Shown: positions 1-7,481, counted from the stretch's first letter. The stretch: DNA of 13,584 nucleotides from Candidatus Omnitrophota bacterium (GCA_020354945.1 CP070655.1:272856-286439), one strand, 5' to 3'. Notes: generated from the letters alone by a model not told the origin. Program-made: numbers and translations.

Positions 1-143
1 GGAGCGAGACATTAGAAATTTTTTGCCAAATGTCTTTTTAGGACTTATGGCGAGCTGCGGCAAGCTCTTGCCTACTGCATGCAAGCTGCGAGCCGTAAGC
101 CCAAAAAGACGGCAAAAAATTTCAGTCTCGCGAGTAATGCTCC
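1..143. repeat. Long imperfect inverted repeat (MITE-like or structured element), possibly cut by the window start
   Basis: Nested arms: GCGAGAC 4-10 / GTCTCGC 125-131; GAAATTTTTTGCC 15-27 / GGCAAAAAATTTC 111-123 (13 bp perfect); GTCTTTTTAGGACTTATGGC 32-51 / GCCGTAAGCCCAAAAAGAC 92-110 (imperfect); GGAGC 1-5 / GCTCC 139-143. Lies just downstream of the kdsD stop. Confidence 0.8.
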
Positions 144-149
144 GAGCGC

Positions 150-1109
150 CTACACCAGCCCTGCCTTCAACAAATCCTGCACATCTAACAACCCTATTGG
201 TTTTCCATTCTCATTTACCACCGGGACCTCATCTATCTTCCTCTGTTGTAGAATGCGCAATGCTTCTACAGCCAACTTATCTGGTCCGATGGTAACAGGA
301 TTTTTTGTCATTACATCCTTCACCTTGCGTTCTGGCAGGTGGGAATCATTTTCGAGGTGCCTTCTTAAATCTCCGTCTGTAAAAACTCCTAAAAGCCTTC
401 CGTTTTTATCTATAATAGTCGCACTACCGGCCCTTGCTTTTGTAATCTTATAAAGGACTTCTTTTATCGTGGAGTTTTCTCTAACCAATGGGTTAGCAGG
501 GCCTTTTCTCATTACATCCTCTACTTTGAGCCATATCTTTTTCCCGATAGTTCCTGCCGGATGATAAAAGGCAAAATCTTCAACCATAAAACCCCTTCTT
601 TCCAGAAGAGCTACCGCTAATGCATCTCCCATCGCTAGCATAGCAGTAGTGCTGGCAGTCGGAACAAGGCCTAAAGGACAGGCCTCTTTTTTTACGCTGA
701 CGTCAAGGATAAAATCGCTCATCTTTGCTAAAGTAGATGACTTATCGCCAACAAAACTTACAAGCTTTGCCCCTATCTTTTTAATTATTGGTAGAAGTTT
801 TAATATCTCTTCAGTTTCGCCGCTATTTGACAGAGCCAATACAACATCGTCTTTAGTTACCCTGCCCAAATCTCCATGAACGGCTTCGGCAGGATGTAAA
901 AAAAGACTGGGTGTGCCAGTAGAAGAAAGCGTCGCTGAAATCTTCTGTCCCATTATTCCCGGTTTTCCCATACCGGTTACAACAATCCTTCCGGAGCATC
1001 CAAGTATAATTTCGATAATTTTTCCAAAATCTTTGTTTAACCGCGGGATTAATTCTTTTATTGCTTCTGCTTCTGTTTGTAAAACCTTTTTTGCTTTTTT
1101 GATAGACAT
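150..1109 (-). CDS. kdsD: Arabinose-5-phosphate isomerase, KpsF/GutQ family (SIS domain + CBS pair)
   Basis: 319 aa; GRIVVTGMGK, HPAEAVHGDLG, LSNSGETEE, EACPLGLVPTASTT, HPAGTIG motifs, then two CBS repeats; clustered with kdsA and kdsB. Confidence 0.93.
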   Translation of the reverse strand: MSIKKAKKVLQTEAEAIKELIPRLNKDFGKIIEIILGCSGRIVVTGMGKPGIMGQKISATLSSTGTPSLFLHPAEAVHGDLGRVTKDDVVLALSNSGETEEILKLLPIIKKIGAKLVSFVGDKSSTLAKMSDFILDVSVKKEACPLGLVPTASTTAMLAMGDALAVALLERRGFMVEDFAFYHPAGTIGKKIWLKVEDVMRKGPANPLVRENSTIKEVLYKITKARAGSATIIDKNGRLLGVFTDGDLRRHLENDSHLPERKVKDVMTKNPVTIGPDKLAVEALRILQQRKIDEVPVVNENGKPIGLLDVQDLLKAGLV

Positions 1110-1116
1110 ACCTTTT

Positions 1117-1165
1117 AGGGGTCAGACCCTTGGAAAAAAATAGCCATTCCCAGGGTCTGACCCCT
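1117..1165. repeat. REP-like inverted repeat, GGGGTCAGACCC type
   Basis: AGGGGTCAGACCCT 1117-1130 / AGGGTCTGACCCCT 1152-1165 (14 bp perfect), extended after one mismatch by GGAA/TTCC; 11-nt loop; in the pilT-kdsD spacer. Confidence 0.85.
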
Positions 1166-1174
1166 CCTCTGATC

Positions 1175-2227
1175 CTATAAACGGATATCCTCTCGCTCCT
1201 TATTCTTTAGATTGTAAAGTAATTCATCCTTTGATATCATCTTACCTTGATATAATTTGAGCAGGGCTTGATCCATGGACTGCATACCATATTTTGCACC
1301 TGTTTCAATCATATTCTGTATTTGGTGAACATTTCCTTCTCTGATAAGGTGCTTGATTGAAGGTATCCCCAGCATAATCTCGCAAGCAACCACTAAGCCA
1401 TTTCCACGAGCCTTTGGCAGGAGCCTCTGAGAAATAACTCCGGTCAATGTAGTTGAAAGTTGAACCCTTATCTGCTGTTGTTGCCTCCATGGAAATACAT
1501 CTATAACCCTGTTTATCGTCTCACTCGCATCTATGGTATGCAAACTGGCCAGCACTAATTGCCCTGTCTCTGAAGCAGTAATGGCTGTAGATATAGTTTC
1601 TAAGTCACGCATTTCTCCGATAAGAATGACATCCGCATTCTGTCTCAGGACGTATCTTAGCGCCATACTGAACGAAGCCGCGTCTCTATATACTTCTCTT
1701 TGTTCAACTATAGATTTATTATGCTTGTGCAAAAACTCAATAGGATCCTCAACGGTAACTACATGGCCGAACCTGCTCCTATTTATAAAATCTATCATTG
1801 CAGCCAAAGTCGTACTTTTGCCACTTCCTGCCTGCCCTGTTACCAAGACTAGACCGCTTCTTGTCTTACATAGCTGGCTTATAACCTCCTCTGGGAGGCC
1901 TAATTCTTTAAAAGTGGGTACCTTAAGAGGGATTCTCCTTAATGCAGCAGCGATACTTCCTCTTTGCTGGTGTACATTTACCCGGAAACGTGCCATGCCT
2001 TCGACGTTGTAAGTAAGATCCAGCTCTTTATTCTGGTGATATAGTTCAATTTGTTCTTTAGACAACATAGAGAGTGTAAGCCGTTCAGATTCTTTTGGGG
2101 TTAGAGGTTTTAGCTCTGTTGGTTTAATAACGCCATCAACTCTTAAAGCAGGCGGAAAACCTACTACCAGGATAATGTCAGAAGCGCCTGCTTCGTTTGC
2201 CATTTGCAATAAATCTATAATTTCCAT
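1175..2227 (-). CDS. pilT: PilT/PilU-family type IV pilus retraction ATPase
   Basis: 350 aa; Walker A GQAGSGKST, Asp box EDPIE, Walker B DVILIGEMRD, His box LHT, C-terminal SIKHLIRE (AIRNLIRE-like) and GMQSMDQ; AAGGAG at 2240-2235, 7 nt before the ATG. Confidence 0.88.
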   Translation of the reverse strand: MEIIDLLQMANEAGASDIILVVGFPPALRVDGVIKPTELKPLTPKESERLTLSMLSKEQIELYHQNKELDLTYNVEGMARFRVNVHQQRGSIAAALRRIPLKVPTFKELGLPEEVISQLCKTRSGLVLVTGQAGSGKSTTLAAMIDFINRSRFGHVVTVEDPIEFLHKHNKSIVEQREVYRDAASFSMALRYVLRQNADVILIGEMRDLETISTAITASETGQLVLASLHTIDASETINRVIDVFPWRQQQQIRVQLSTTLTGVISQRLLPKARGNGLVVACEIMLGIPSIKHLIREGNVHQIQNMIETGAKYGMQSMDQALLKLYQGKMISKDELLYNLKNKEREDIRL

Positions 2228-2244
2228 GTTTTGGCTCCTTGGTC

Positions 2245-2260
2245 TGGGGACAGGTCCCCA
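2245..2260. repeat. Single REP-like mini-hairpin TGGGGA-CAGG-TCCCCA
   Basis: 6-bp stem, 4-nt loop; directly abuts the stop codon of the GGDEF gene; shares GGGGACAG with the 3612-3680 and 4719-4778 elements. Confidence 0.6.
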
Positions 2261-3604
2261 TTATACTTCTTTCGCAATAATCACTCCATCCCTGCCTTTT
2301 TCTTTGGCTTCGTATAAGGCTTTATCTGCAGCCCTTATAAGCGCATTCTTTTTTATACCCTTTTTTTTCTCTGGTTGATACGCAGAAACACCTGCGCTTA
2401 ATGTGCATGCGGTTTCTACATCCTCAAATTCAAAAACTGTATTTTTAAAATCATTGCGAATTTCATTAGCTAATTTAGCGGTTCCTTCTAAATTAAGACC
2501 GGATAGGACGCAGACAAATTCCTCTCCTCCGTATCTGGCTATTATATCATCTTTTTTAGCTTTTGTTTTTAATAAATGGGCAAGTTTTTTTAAGCAGACG
2601 TCTCCCATTTGATGGCCATAGGTATCGTTCAACTTTTTAAAACGGTCTAAATCAATCATTATGAAACCCAATGGCTGCCTATCGCTAATGGCTTTAGACA
2701 ACATCTCATTTAATCTCTGCTGAAAATACTGATGGTTGTACAATCCTGTCAATCCATCTCTTATAGATTGATCTTTTATCTTTTCTACTAATTTAGTATT
2801 GGTTAAAGCAACTGCGCCGAAATTTGCCATGGTGGAGAGTATCCTTATTACATATTCGTCCGAAAGCTCTTTACCGACCTGGTCAACGCATATCAGGGCC
2901 AAGACATCGGTTCCATATATTATTGGCTGGGAGAATTGTAGTTTGATTTTATCGTTTTCCAATATGGGCCTTCTGTTGTAATCATCGTATAGGATAGCTC
3001 GTGAATAAAACTTACCTTCTTGTGCAGAAATGCCTAACATGCCTGATTTTTCATCACAACTTAAGTCTAAATGGGATAGTTTATCCTTATCGTAGCCTAC
3101 TGCATCTATGAAATGCAAACTCTTCTTATCTTTTGATACAGTAAATATAGCGCATCTTTTGGAGCACAGAAGTTCTGAAGTTTTCCTTAATATGGCTTTG
3201 AGCAACGGGGTTGTCTCCAGCACAGAGTTGAGTTCCTTGGCCATATCGGAAATGGTTACTATAAAAGAACCGAGCTTTATAATTTTTTCCCCGGATATAG
3301 ATTTTAAATCTTTAAGGGAATCTCTTTCTGCGTCTAATTCGCTTTGGATTCTTCGCAAATACTCCTTAAGCACCTCGTTTTGAGATTTATAATCTAATGT
3401 GCTTTCGAGCAGATAAAAAAGGACTAAACTTAATAACGCAAATATGCCTATCTGCCAGATAATCCTGGTATCGAGTATAAATTTACCGCCTATATAGTTC
3501 AGGAATGTCTCTTCATTGGTTAGATATGTATAAACTAACAATATACATAAGCTCAAAATAACCATGGCTCTATAAGCCCAGTTCTTTTCGAACATATCTT
3601 TCAT
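2261..3604 (-). CDS. Membrane-anchored sensor diguanylate cyclase (2 TM, coiled coil, GAF, GGDEF)
   Basis: 447 aa; two N-terminal hydrophobic segments, GAF-like middle (PIIYGTDVLALICV...AVALTNTKL), then DGLTGLYN, DLDRFKKLNDTYGHQMGD, ARYGGEEF, ADKALYEAKEKGRD. Confidence 0.92.
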   Translation of the reverse strand: MKDMFEKNWAYRAMVILSLCILLVYTYLTNEETFLNYIGGKFILDTRIIWQIGIFALLSLVLFYLLESTLDYKSQNEVLKEYLRRIQSELDAERDSLKDLKSISGEKIIKLGSFIVTISDMAKELNSVLETTPLLKAILRKTSELLCSKRCAIFTVSKDKKSLHFIDAVGYDKDKLSHLDLSCDEKSGMLGISAQEGKFYSRAILYDDYNRRPILENDKIKLQFSQPIIYGTDVLALICVDQVGKELSDEYVIRILSTMANFGAVALTNTKLVEKIKDQSIRDGLTGLYNHQYFQQRLNEMLSKAISDRQPLGFIMIDLDRFKKLNDTYGHQMGDVCLKKLAHLLKTKAKKDDIIARYGGEEFVCVLSGLNLEGTAKLANEIRNDFKNTVFEFEDVETACTLSAGVSAYQPEKKKGIKKNALIRAADKALYEAKEKGRDGVIIAKEV

Positions 3605-3611
3605 CCTTAAA

Positions 3612-3680
3612 AAAAAGGGGGCAGCGCCCTTTTTCTTGCTCCTTTTCTACTCTTGATAAAAAGGGCGCTGTCCCCTTTTT
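3612..3680. repeat. REP-doublet-like palindromic element, copy 1, overlapping the kdsA 3' end; terminator-like
   Basis: 23-bp arms 3612-3634 / 3658-3680 with one mismatch and a 23-nt loop; each arm is itself a hairpin AAAAAGGG-N7-CCCTTTTT; the minus strand ends in a T8 run (3616-3609). Confidence 0.9.
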
Positions 3681-4495
3681 ATCAACCTATCGATCTCCTT
3701 CAGTTGTTTCAATAATTCTTCAAGATCACCGAGGCGAATCATGTTGGGGCCGTCTGATAGAGCAATCTTTGGGTCTTTGTGAACTTCTATGAATAAACCG
3801 TCTATACCTATTGCAGTTGCTGCCCTTGCAAGCGGAGGAACGAATTCTCTTTGACCGCCTGATGCCCTTCCCAAACCACCGGGAAGCTGGACGCTATGAG
3901 TAACATCATAAATAACCGGATATCCAAGCTTCTTTAAAATAGGCAAAGAGCGCATATCGCTTACTAGATTATTGTATCCGAAAGAAGTCCCTCTTTCAGT
4001 AACCATTATTTTCTTATTGCCTGACGTTAGGGCCTTATCTATAACATGTTTGACATCCCATGGGGCTAAGAATTGCCCCTTTTTTATATTTATTGGTTTT
4101 CCGGTTTTGGCCGCAGCAATTATAAAATCTGTTTGCCTGCAAAGAAAAGCAGGTATCTGGATAACATCCAAAACACACCCAGCCTCTTCTATCTGCTCGC
4201 GGTAGTGGACATCGCTTAATATTGGCACACCTACTTTCTTTTTTATTTTCTTTAATATCGCCAGGCCCTTTAAAAGACCCGGCCCTCTAAAAGATTTTAT
4301 AGAAGTGCGATTAGCCTTATCATAACTTGTCTTATATATAAAAGGGATCTTTAACTTTTTAGTTATTTTATAAATCTGCCCAGCATGATAAAGGGCGCTG
4401 TCCTCGCTTTCTATAACACATGGCCCGGCAATGAGTACAAAAGGATGGCCTTTGCCTATTGTGATATCCTGTATTTTAACGGTGTAAGATTTCAT
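3647..4495 (-). CDS. kdsA: 3-deoxy-8-phosphooctulonate (KDO8P) synthase, metal-dependent type
   Basis: 282 aa; IAGPCVIE (Cys ligand), [46 protein letters not shown]; start overlaps the kdsB stop (ATGA). Confidence 0.97.
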   Translation of the reverse strand: MKSYTVKIQDITIGKGHPFVLIAGPCVIESEDSALYHAGQIYKITKKLKIPFIYKTSYDKANRTSIKSFRGPGLLKGLAILKKIKKKVGVPILSDVHYREQIEEAGCVLDVIQIPAFLCRQTDFIIAAAKTGKPINIKKGQFLAPWDVKHVIDKALTSGNKKIMVTERGTSFGYNNLVSDMRSLPILKKLGYPVIYDVTHSVQLPGGLGRASGGQREFVPPLARAATAIGIDGLFIEVHKDPKIALSDGPNMIRLGDLEELLKQLKEIDRLIKRGQRPFYQE

Positions 4496-5265
4496 GTTAT
4501 TTCTTTAGACAGCATCTCCTCTGCCTTTGTCAGGTCCTCAGGCGTATCTATTCCAACAGTGTCATAAGCGGTTTCTAATACTTTTATCTTATAACCGTTC
4601 TCTAAAGCCCTGAGCTGCTCTAACCCTTCGGCTCTTTCTAAACTAGAGGGCGGTAAATTGGCAAAAGTAAACAAAAAATCCTTTGTATATGAGTAGAGCC
4701 CTATATGTTTAAAAAACTGGCAGCGCCGTTTTTCTTGCTCCTTTTCTATTTGTGGGGAAAAGGGCGCTGTCCCCTTTTCGCAAAATGGTATTGCAGTGCG
4801 TGAGAAATAGAGCGCAAAGTTATCTTTATCCACTATCACTTTTACAACATTAGGATTGTTTATATCTTCAGGATTATCTATTTTTTTCATCAACGTAGCC
4901 ATGACTATATCTCTATCCTCAAAAAGTGCCCTGACAAGCTCATCTATCATAGCTGGCCGAATAAGAGGTTCGTCCGCTTGAATATTGACTACTACATCCA
5001 CATCCAATGGATTGGCTATCTCCTTTAACCTATCTGTTCCGGATAGATGTTGTTTAGACGTCAAGGTAGCTTTTCCACCAAAAGATTCTACTCCTTTTAT
5101 AATCCTGTTATCATCAGCAGCTATTATTAAGTCGTCTAAATTATGGGCCCCTTTTGCTTTTTCCCATACATGTTGTATAACAGGTTTACCGCAAAGGGGT
5201 GCTAATACTTTACCTTTGAATCTAGTGGCCTTATATCTGGCTGGAATTATACCGACTGCTTTCAT
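4492..5265 (-). CDS. kdsB: 3-deoxy-manno-octulosonate cytidylyltransferase (CMP-Kdo synthetase) with an in-frame repeat-derived insert
   Basis: 257 aa; [64 protein letters not shown]. Confidence 0.96.
   Translation of the reverse strand: MKAVGIIPARYKATRFKGKVLAPLCGKPVIQHVWEKAKGAHNLDDLIIAADDNRIIKGVESFGGKATLTSKQHLSGTDRLKEIANPLDVDVVVNIQADEPLIRPAMIDELVRALFEDRDIVMATLMKKIDNPEDINNPNVVKVIVDKDNFALYFSRTAIPFCEKGTAPFSPQIEKEQEKRRCQFFKHIGLYSYTKDFLFTFANLPPSSLERAEGLEQLRALENGYKIKVLETAYDTVGIDTPEDLTKAEEMLSKEIT
4719..4778. repeat. REP-doublet-like element, copy 2, inside the kdsB coding sequence
   Basis: 53 of 60 nt identical to 3620-3679 without gaps (by manual alignment); translated as part of [21 protein letters not shown]. 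Confidence 0.92.
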
Positions 5266-5340
5266 CCGTCGCCTTTTTCTTGTTCGCCCCGCACCTTTTT
5301 GGTATTAATATTTGAATGTCCTAAAGGTGAGGGATTCATC

Positions 5341-6375
5341 TTATTTTGAACTCCTATTTTTAATCAATCTTATTTCTTTCTTCAGTTCCTGCGGAGTGAC
5401 TACCGCAACTCCCAACTTGCCGACCACAATACCTGCTGCAATATTTGATATGTAGGCTGCTTCTTTCATACTACCGCCAGAGGCCTTTGCCAGTGTAAAA
5501 GATGCCACTACAGTATCACCTGCGCCGGAGACATCAAATACTTCACGGGCCAGTGTAGGAATCTTTGTAAATTTTCTGCCTGCCTGCCGGGAGGACAGGC
5601 TGCCTTGGAATAATACCATTCCTTTTTCGCCGAGCGTTATAAGCAAGGCCTTGCATTTAAGTTTAGCAATCAGCTTGTTGGCTGCCTTCCGAAGAGAATC
5701 ATCATCTGTTATTTTGACAGAAGTGGTTACCTCCGCTTCATGCTGATTTGGCGTAACCAGAGTTGCGCCCTTATAATATGAGAAATGTTCTTCTTTAGGA
5801 TCAACTACAATTATCTTTTTATATTTTTTTGCTAATGTTATTACCCGCTTAATAAGTTTAGGCTGAATAAGGCCCTTGCCATAATCTTCTATTATAACTG
5901 CGTCGACATCCTTGATTGTCTTTTCTATAAAATGGATAATCTTTTCTATTAGAACACTTTTCACCAGGCCGTCTCCTTCTCTGTCAACACGAACAACCTG
6001 CTGATGGTGGGCAATAATACGAGTCTTTTTTATGGTCGGCCTTAAGGTATCTATTAATACGCCCTCTGTATTTATGGCTCTTTCCCTAAGTCTATCCATA
6101 AGCATAGCCCCGGCTGGATCCTGGCCTATTACGCCGCATGCATAAACTCCTCCGCCTAAAGCCCGGATATTATTTACTACGTTGCAAGCCCCTCCCGGCA
6201 TAAAGGATGAGCGGTTAACCCAGACTACAGGCACCGGAGCTTCCGGGGATATGCGCGAAACAGTCCCCCAGATAAATTCATCCAGCATAAGATCTCCTAC
6301 AACTAAGATTCTGGCCTGTTTGAACTTAGATAATATTTTATTTAAGCGCTGATGAGTTACGTTAAAATTTAACAT
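5341..6375 (-). CDS. hldA: D-glycero-beta-D-manno-heptose-7-phosphate kinase (stand-alone HldE/RfaE domain I, PfkB family)
   Basis: 344 aa; VVGDLMLD, RISPEAPVPV, GGACNV, KTRIIAHHQQVVRVD, DYGKG, VDPK, TPNQHEA, DVSGAGDTV, AAGIVVGKLG; no adenylyltransferase domain. Confidence 0.93.
   Translation of the reverse strand: MLNFNVTHQRLNKILSKFKQARILVVGDLMLDEFIWGTVSRISPEAPVPVVWVNRSSFMPGGACNVVNNIRALGGGVYACGVIGQDPAGAMLMDRLRERAINTEGVLIDTLRPTIKKTRIIAHHQQVVRVDREGDGLVKSVLIEKIIHFIEKTIKDVDAVIIEDYGKGLIQPKLIKRVITLAKKYKKIIVVDPKEEHFSYYKGATLVTPNQHEAEVTTSVKITDDDSLRKAANKLIAKLKCKALLITLGEKGMVLFQGSLSSRQAGRKFTKIPTLAREVFDVSGAGDTVVASFTLAKASGGSMKEAAYISNIAAGIVVGKLGVAVVTPQELKKEIRLIKNRSSK
5578..5600. repeat. Short imperfect palindrome GCCTGCCTGCCGGGAGGACAGGC inside hldA
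   Basis: Core 5579-5599 differs from the perfect palindrome CCTGCCTGCCGGCAGGCAGG by one substitution and one inserted base; encodes SLSSRQAG. Confidence 0.6.
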
Positions 6376-6410
6376 GGTATAAACTTTTTATTATATTAAT
6401 ACAAAGAGAT

Positions 6411-6439
6411 ATTATAACAATACCCCCATTTCCTGTCAA
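6411..6439 (-). promoter_or_regulatory. Consensus sigma70 promoter with extended -10, upstream of hldA
   Basis: Minus strand: TTGACA (6439-6434), 17-nt spacer ending TGT, TATAAT (6416-6411); 35 nt upstream of the hldA ATG; the -35 box overlaps the TGA of the upstream GT9 gene. Confidence 0.9.
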
Positions 6440-7476
6440 TTTAAAAACCTCTCTGCTGCTTCATAGACCTCATCTACGGTTATTGCCTTCAAACACGCGA
6501 AGTCTTTATTGCAGTTATGGGCAAGGCAGGTGTCTCCACAACCTGCATCTTTATGCAATACTACATCATTCCTTCCTGTTGGCCCCCATCTGCGCGGGCT
6601 TAAACCTGGCAAGCTTCTGCCAAATATAACCACTGCTGGAGTTCCCACTGCAGACGCAACGTGAACAGGGCCTGAATCATTCGAAATAAAAACTGTCGCT
6701 CTTTTTAAGCAGGATGCCAGCTCAGATATGCTTAATTTGCCGGCAAATGACACCGCTTTATCTGACATATAACCTTTCATTGCTTCGGCTGAAGTTATAT
6801 CCTTTTCATCCTCACCGCCTACTATAATCACCTTTACATTAAAATTCCGGATTAGTCTATCTGCAACTGCAGCAAATCTATCCGCAGGCCATATCTTAGA
6901 AGCGCAGCTTGCACCTGGATGGAAAATTACTTTTTTTTCATTTGCATCTATAAATTCTTTCGCAAATAGAGAATTTACAGAATTTTCAGATTGCCCCTTT
7001 ATAGGCATGTAAAGCTTTTTCCTTTTTACGTCTGTTATATTCAAAGGTTTAAGCATGCCAAGAGCATAATCAATCTCGTGCATCTTTCCAAATTGTTTGG
7101 TATGAGGAATTTTGTCGGTAAGTAAAAACGGTAAATTTCTATCATAGCCGATGCGCTGAGGTATAGCTGCTAAATATGCAATGATATGGGTTCTATTTGT
7201 AGGATGGAAAATCACAGCAACGTCAAAATTTTTCTTTTTTAATACTTTAGCAAAATAATAACTTGCCATTATGGATTTGTGCTTGCCATATTTATCGTAG
7301 ATTATAATCTCATCAATATATGGATTGCCATCAACGACCTCTTTTGCATATGGCCGCACCATCACTGCAATATGAGCCAAAGGGAATTTTTCACGCACCG
7401 CCTCTATTGCAGGTGTTGTAAGTAGCACATCCCCTATCCTATCGGTACGTATGAGTAAGATGCGTCGATAATCCAT
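6436..7476 (-). CDS. Glycosyltransferase family 9 (ADP-heptose:LPS heptosyltransferase-like)
   Basis: 346 aa; RILLIRTDRIGDVLLTTP, FHPGASCASKIWP, ISNDSGPVHVASAVGTP, RRWGP. Confidence 0.92.
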   Translation of the reverse strand: MDYRRILLIRTDRIGDVLLTTPAIEAVREKFPLAHIAVMVRPYAKEVVDGNPYIDEIIIYDKYGKHKSIMASYYFAKVLKKKNFDVAVIFHPTNRTHIIAYLAAIPQRIGYDRNLPFLLTDKIPHTKQFGKMHEIDYALGMLKPLNITDVKRKKLYMPIKGQSENSVNSLFAKEFIDANEKKVIFHPGASCASKIWPADRFAAVADRLIRNFNVKVIIVGGEDEKDITSAEAMKGYMSDKAVSFAGKLSISELASCLKRATVFISNDSGPVHVASAVGTPAVVIFGRSLPGLSPRRWGPTGRNDVVLHKDAGCGDTCLAHNCNKDFACLKAITVDEVYEAAERFLN

Positions 7477-7481
7477 GTTTT

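Noticed and set aside
2359-2368. Homopolymer runs (e.g. T run near 2361-2368, A8 at 3609-3616) as phase-variation tracts
   Set aside because: Runs of about 8 nt are expected in this AT-rich, Lys-rich sequence and all frames are intact.
3612-4778. The two 60-bp copies as ends of a transposon carrying kdsA, or as CRISPR repeats
   Set aside because: Only two copies about 1.1 kb apart enclosing housekeeping sequence, one inside an intact gene; no transposase, cas gene or spacer array.
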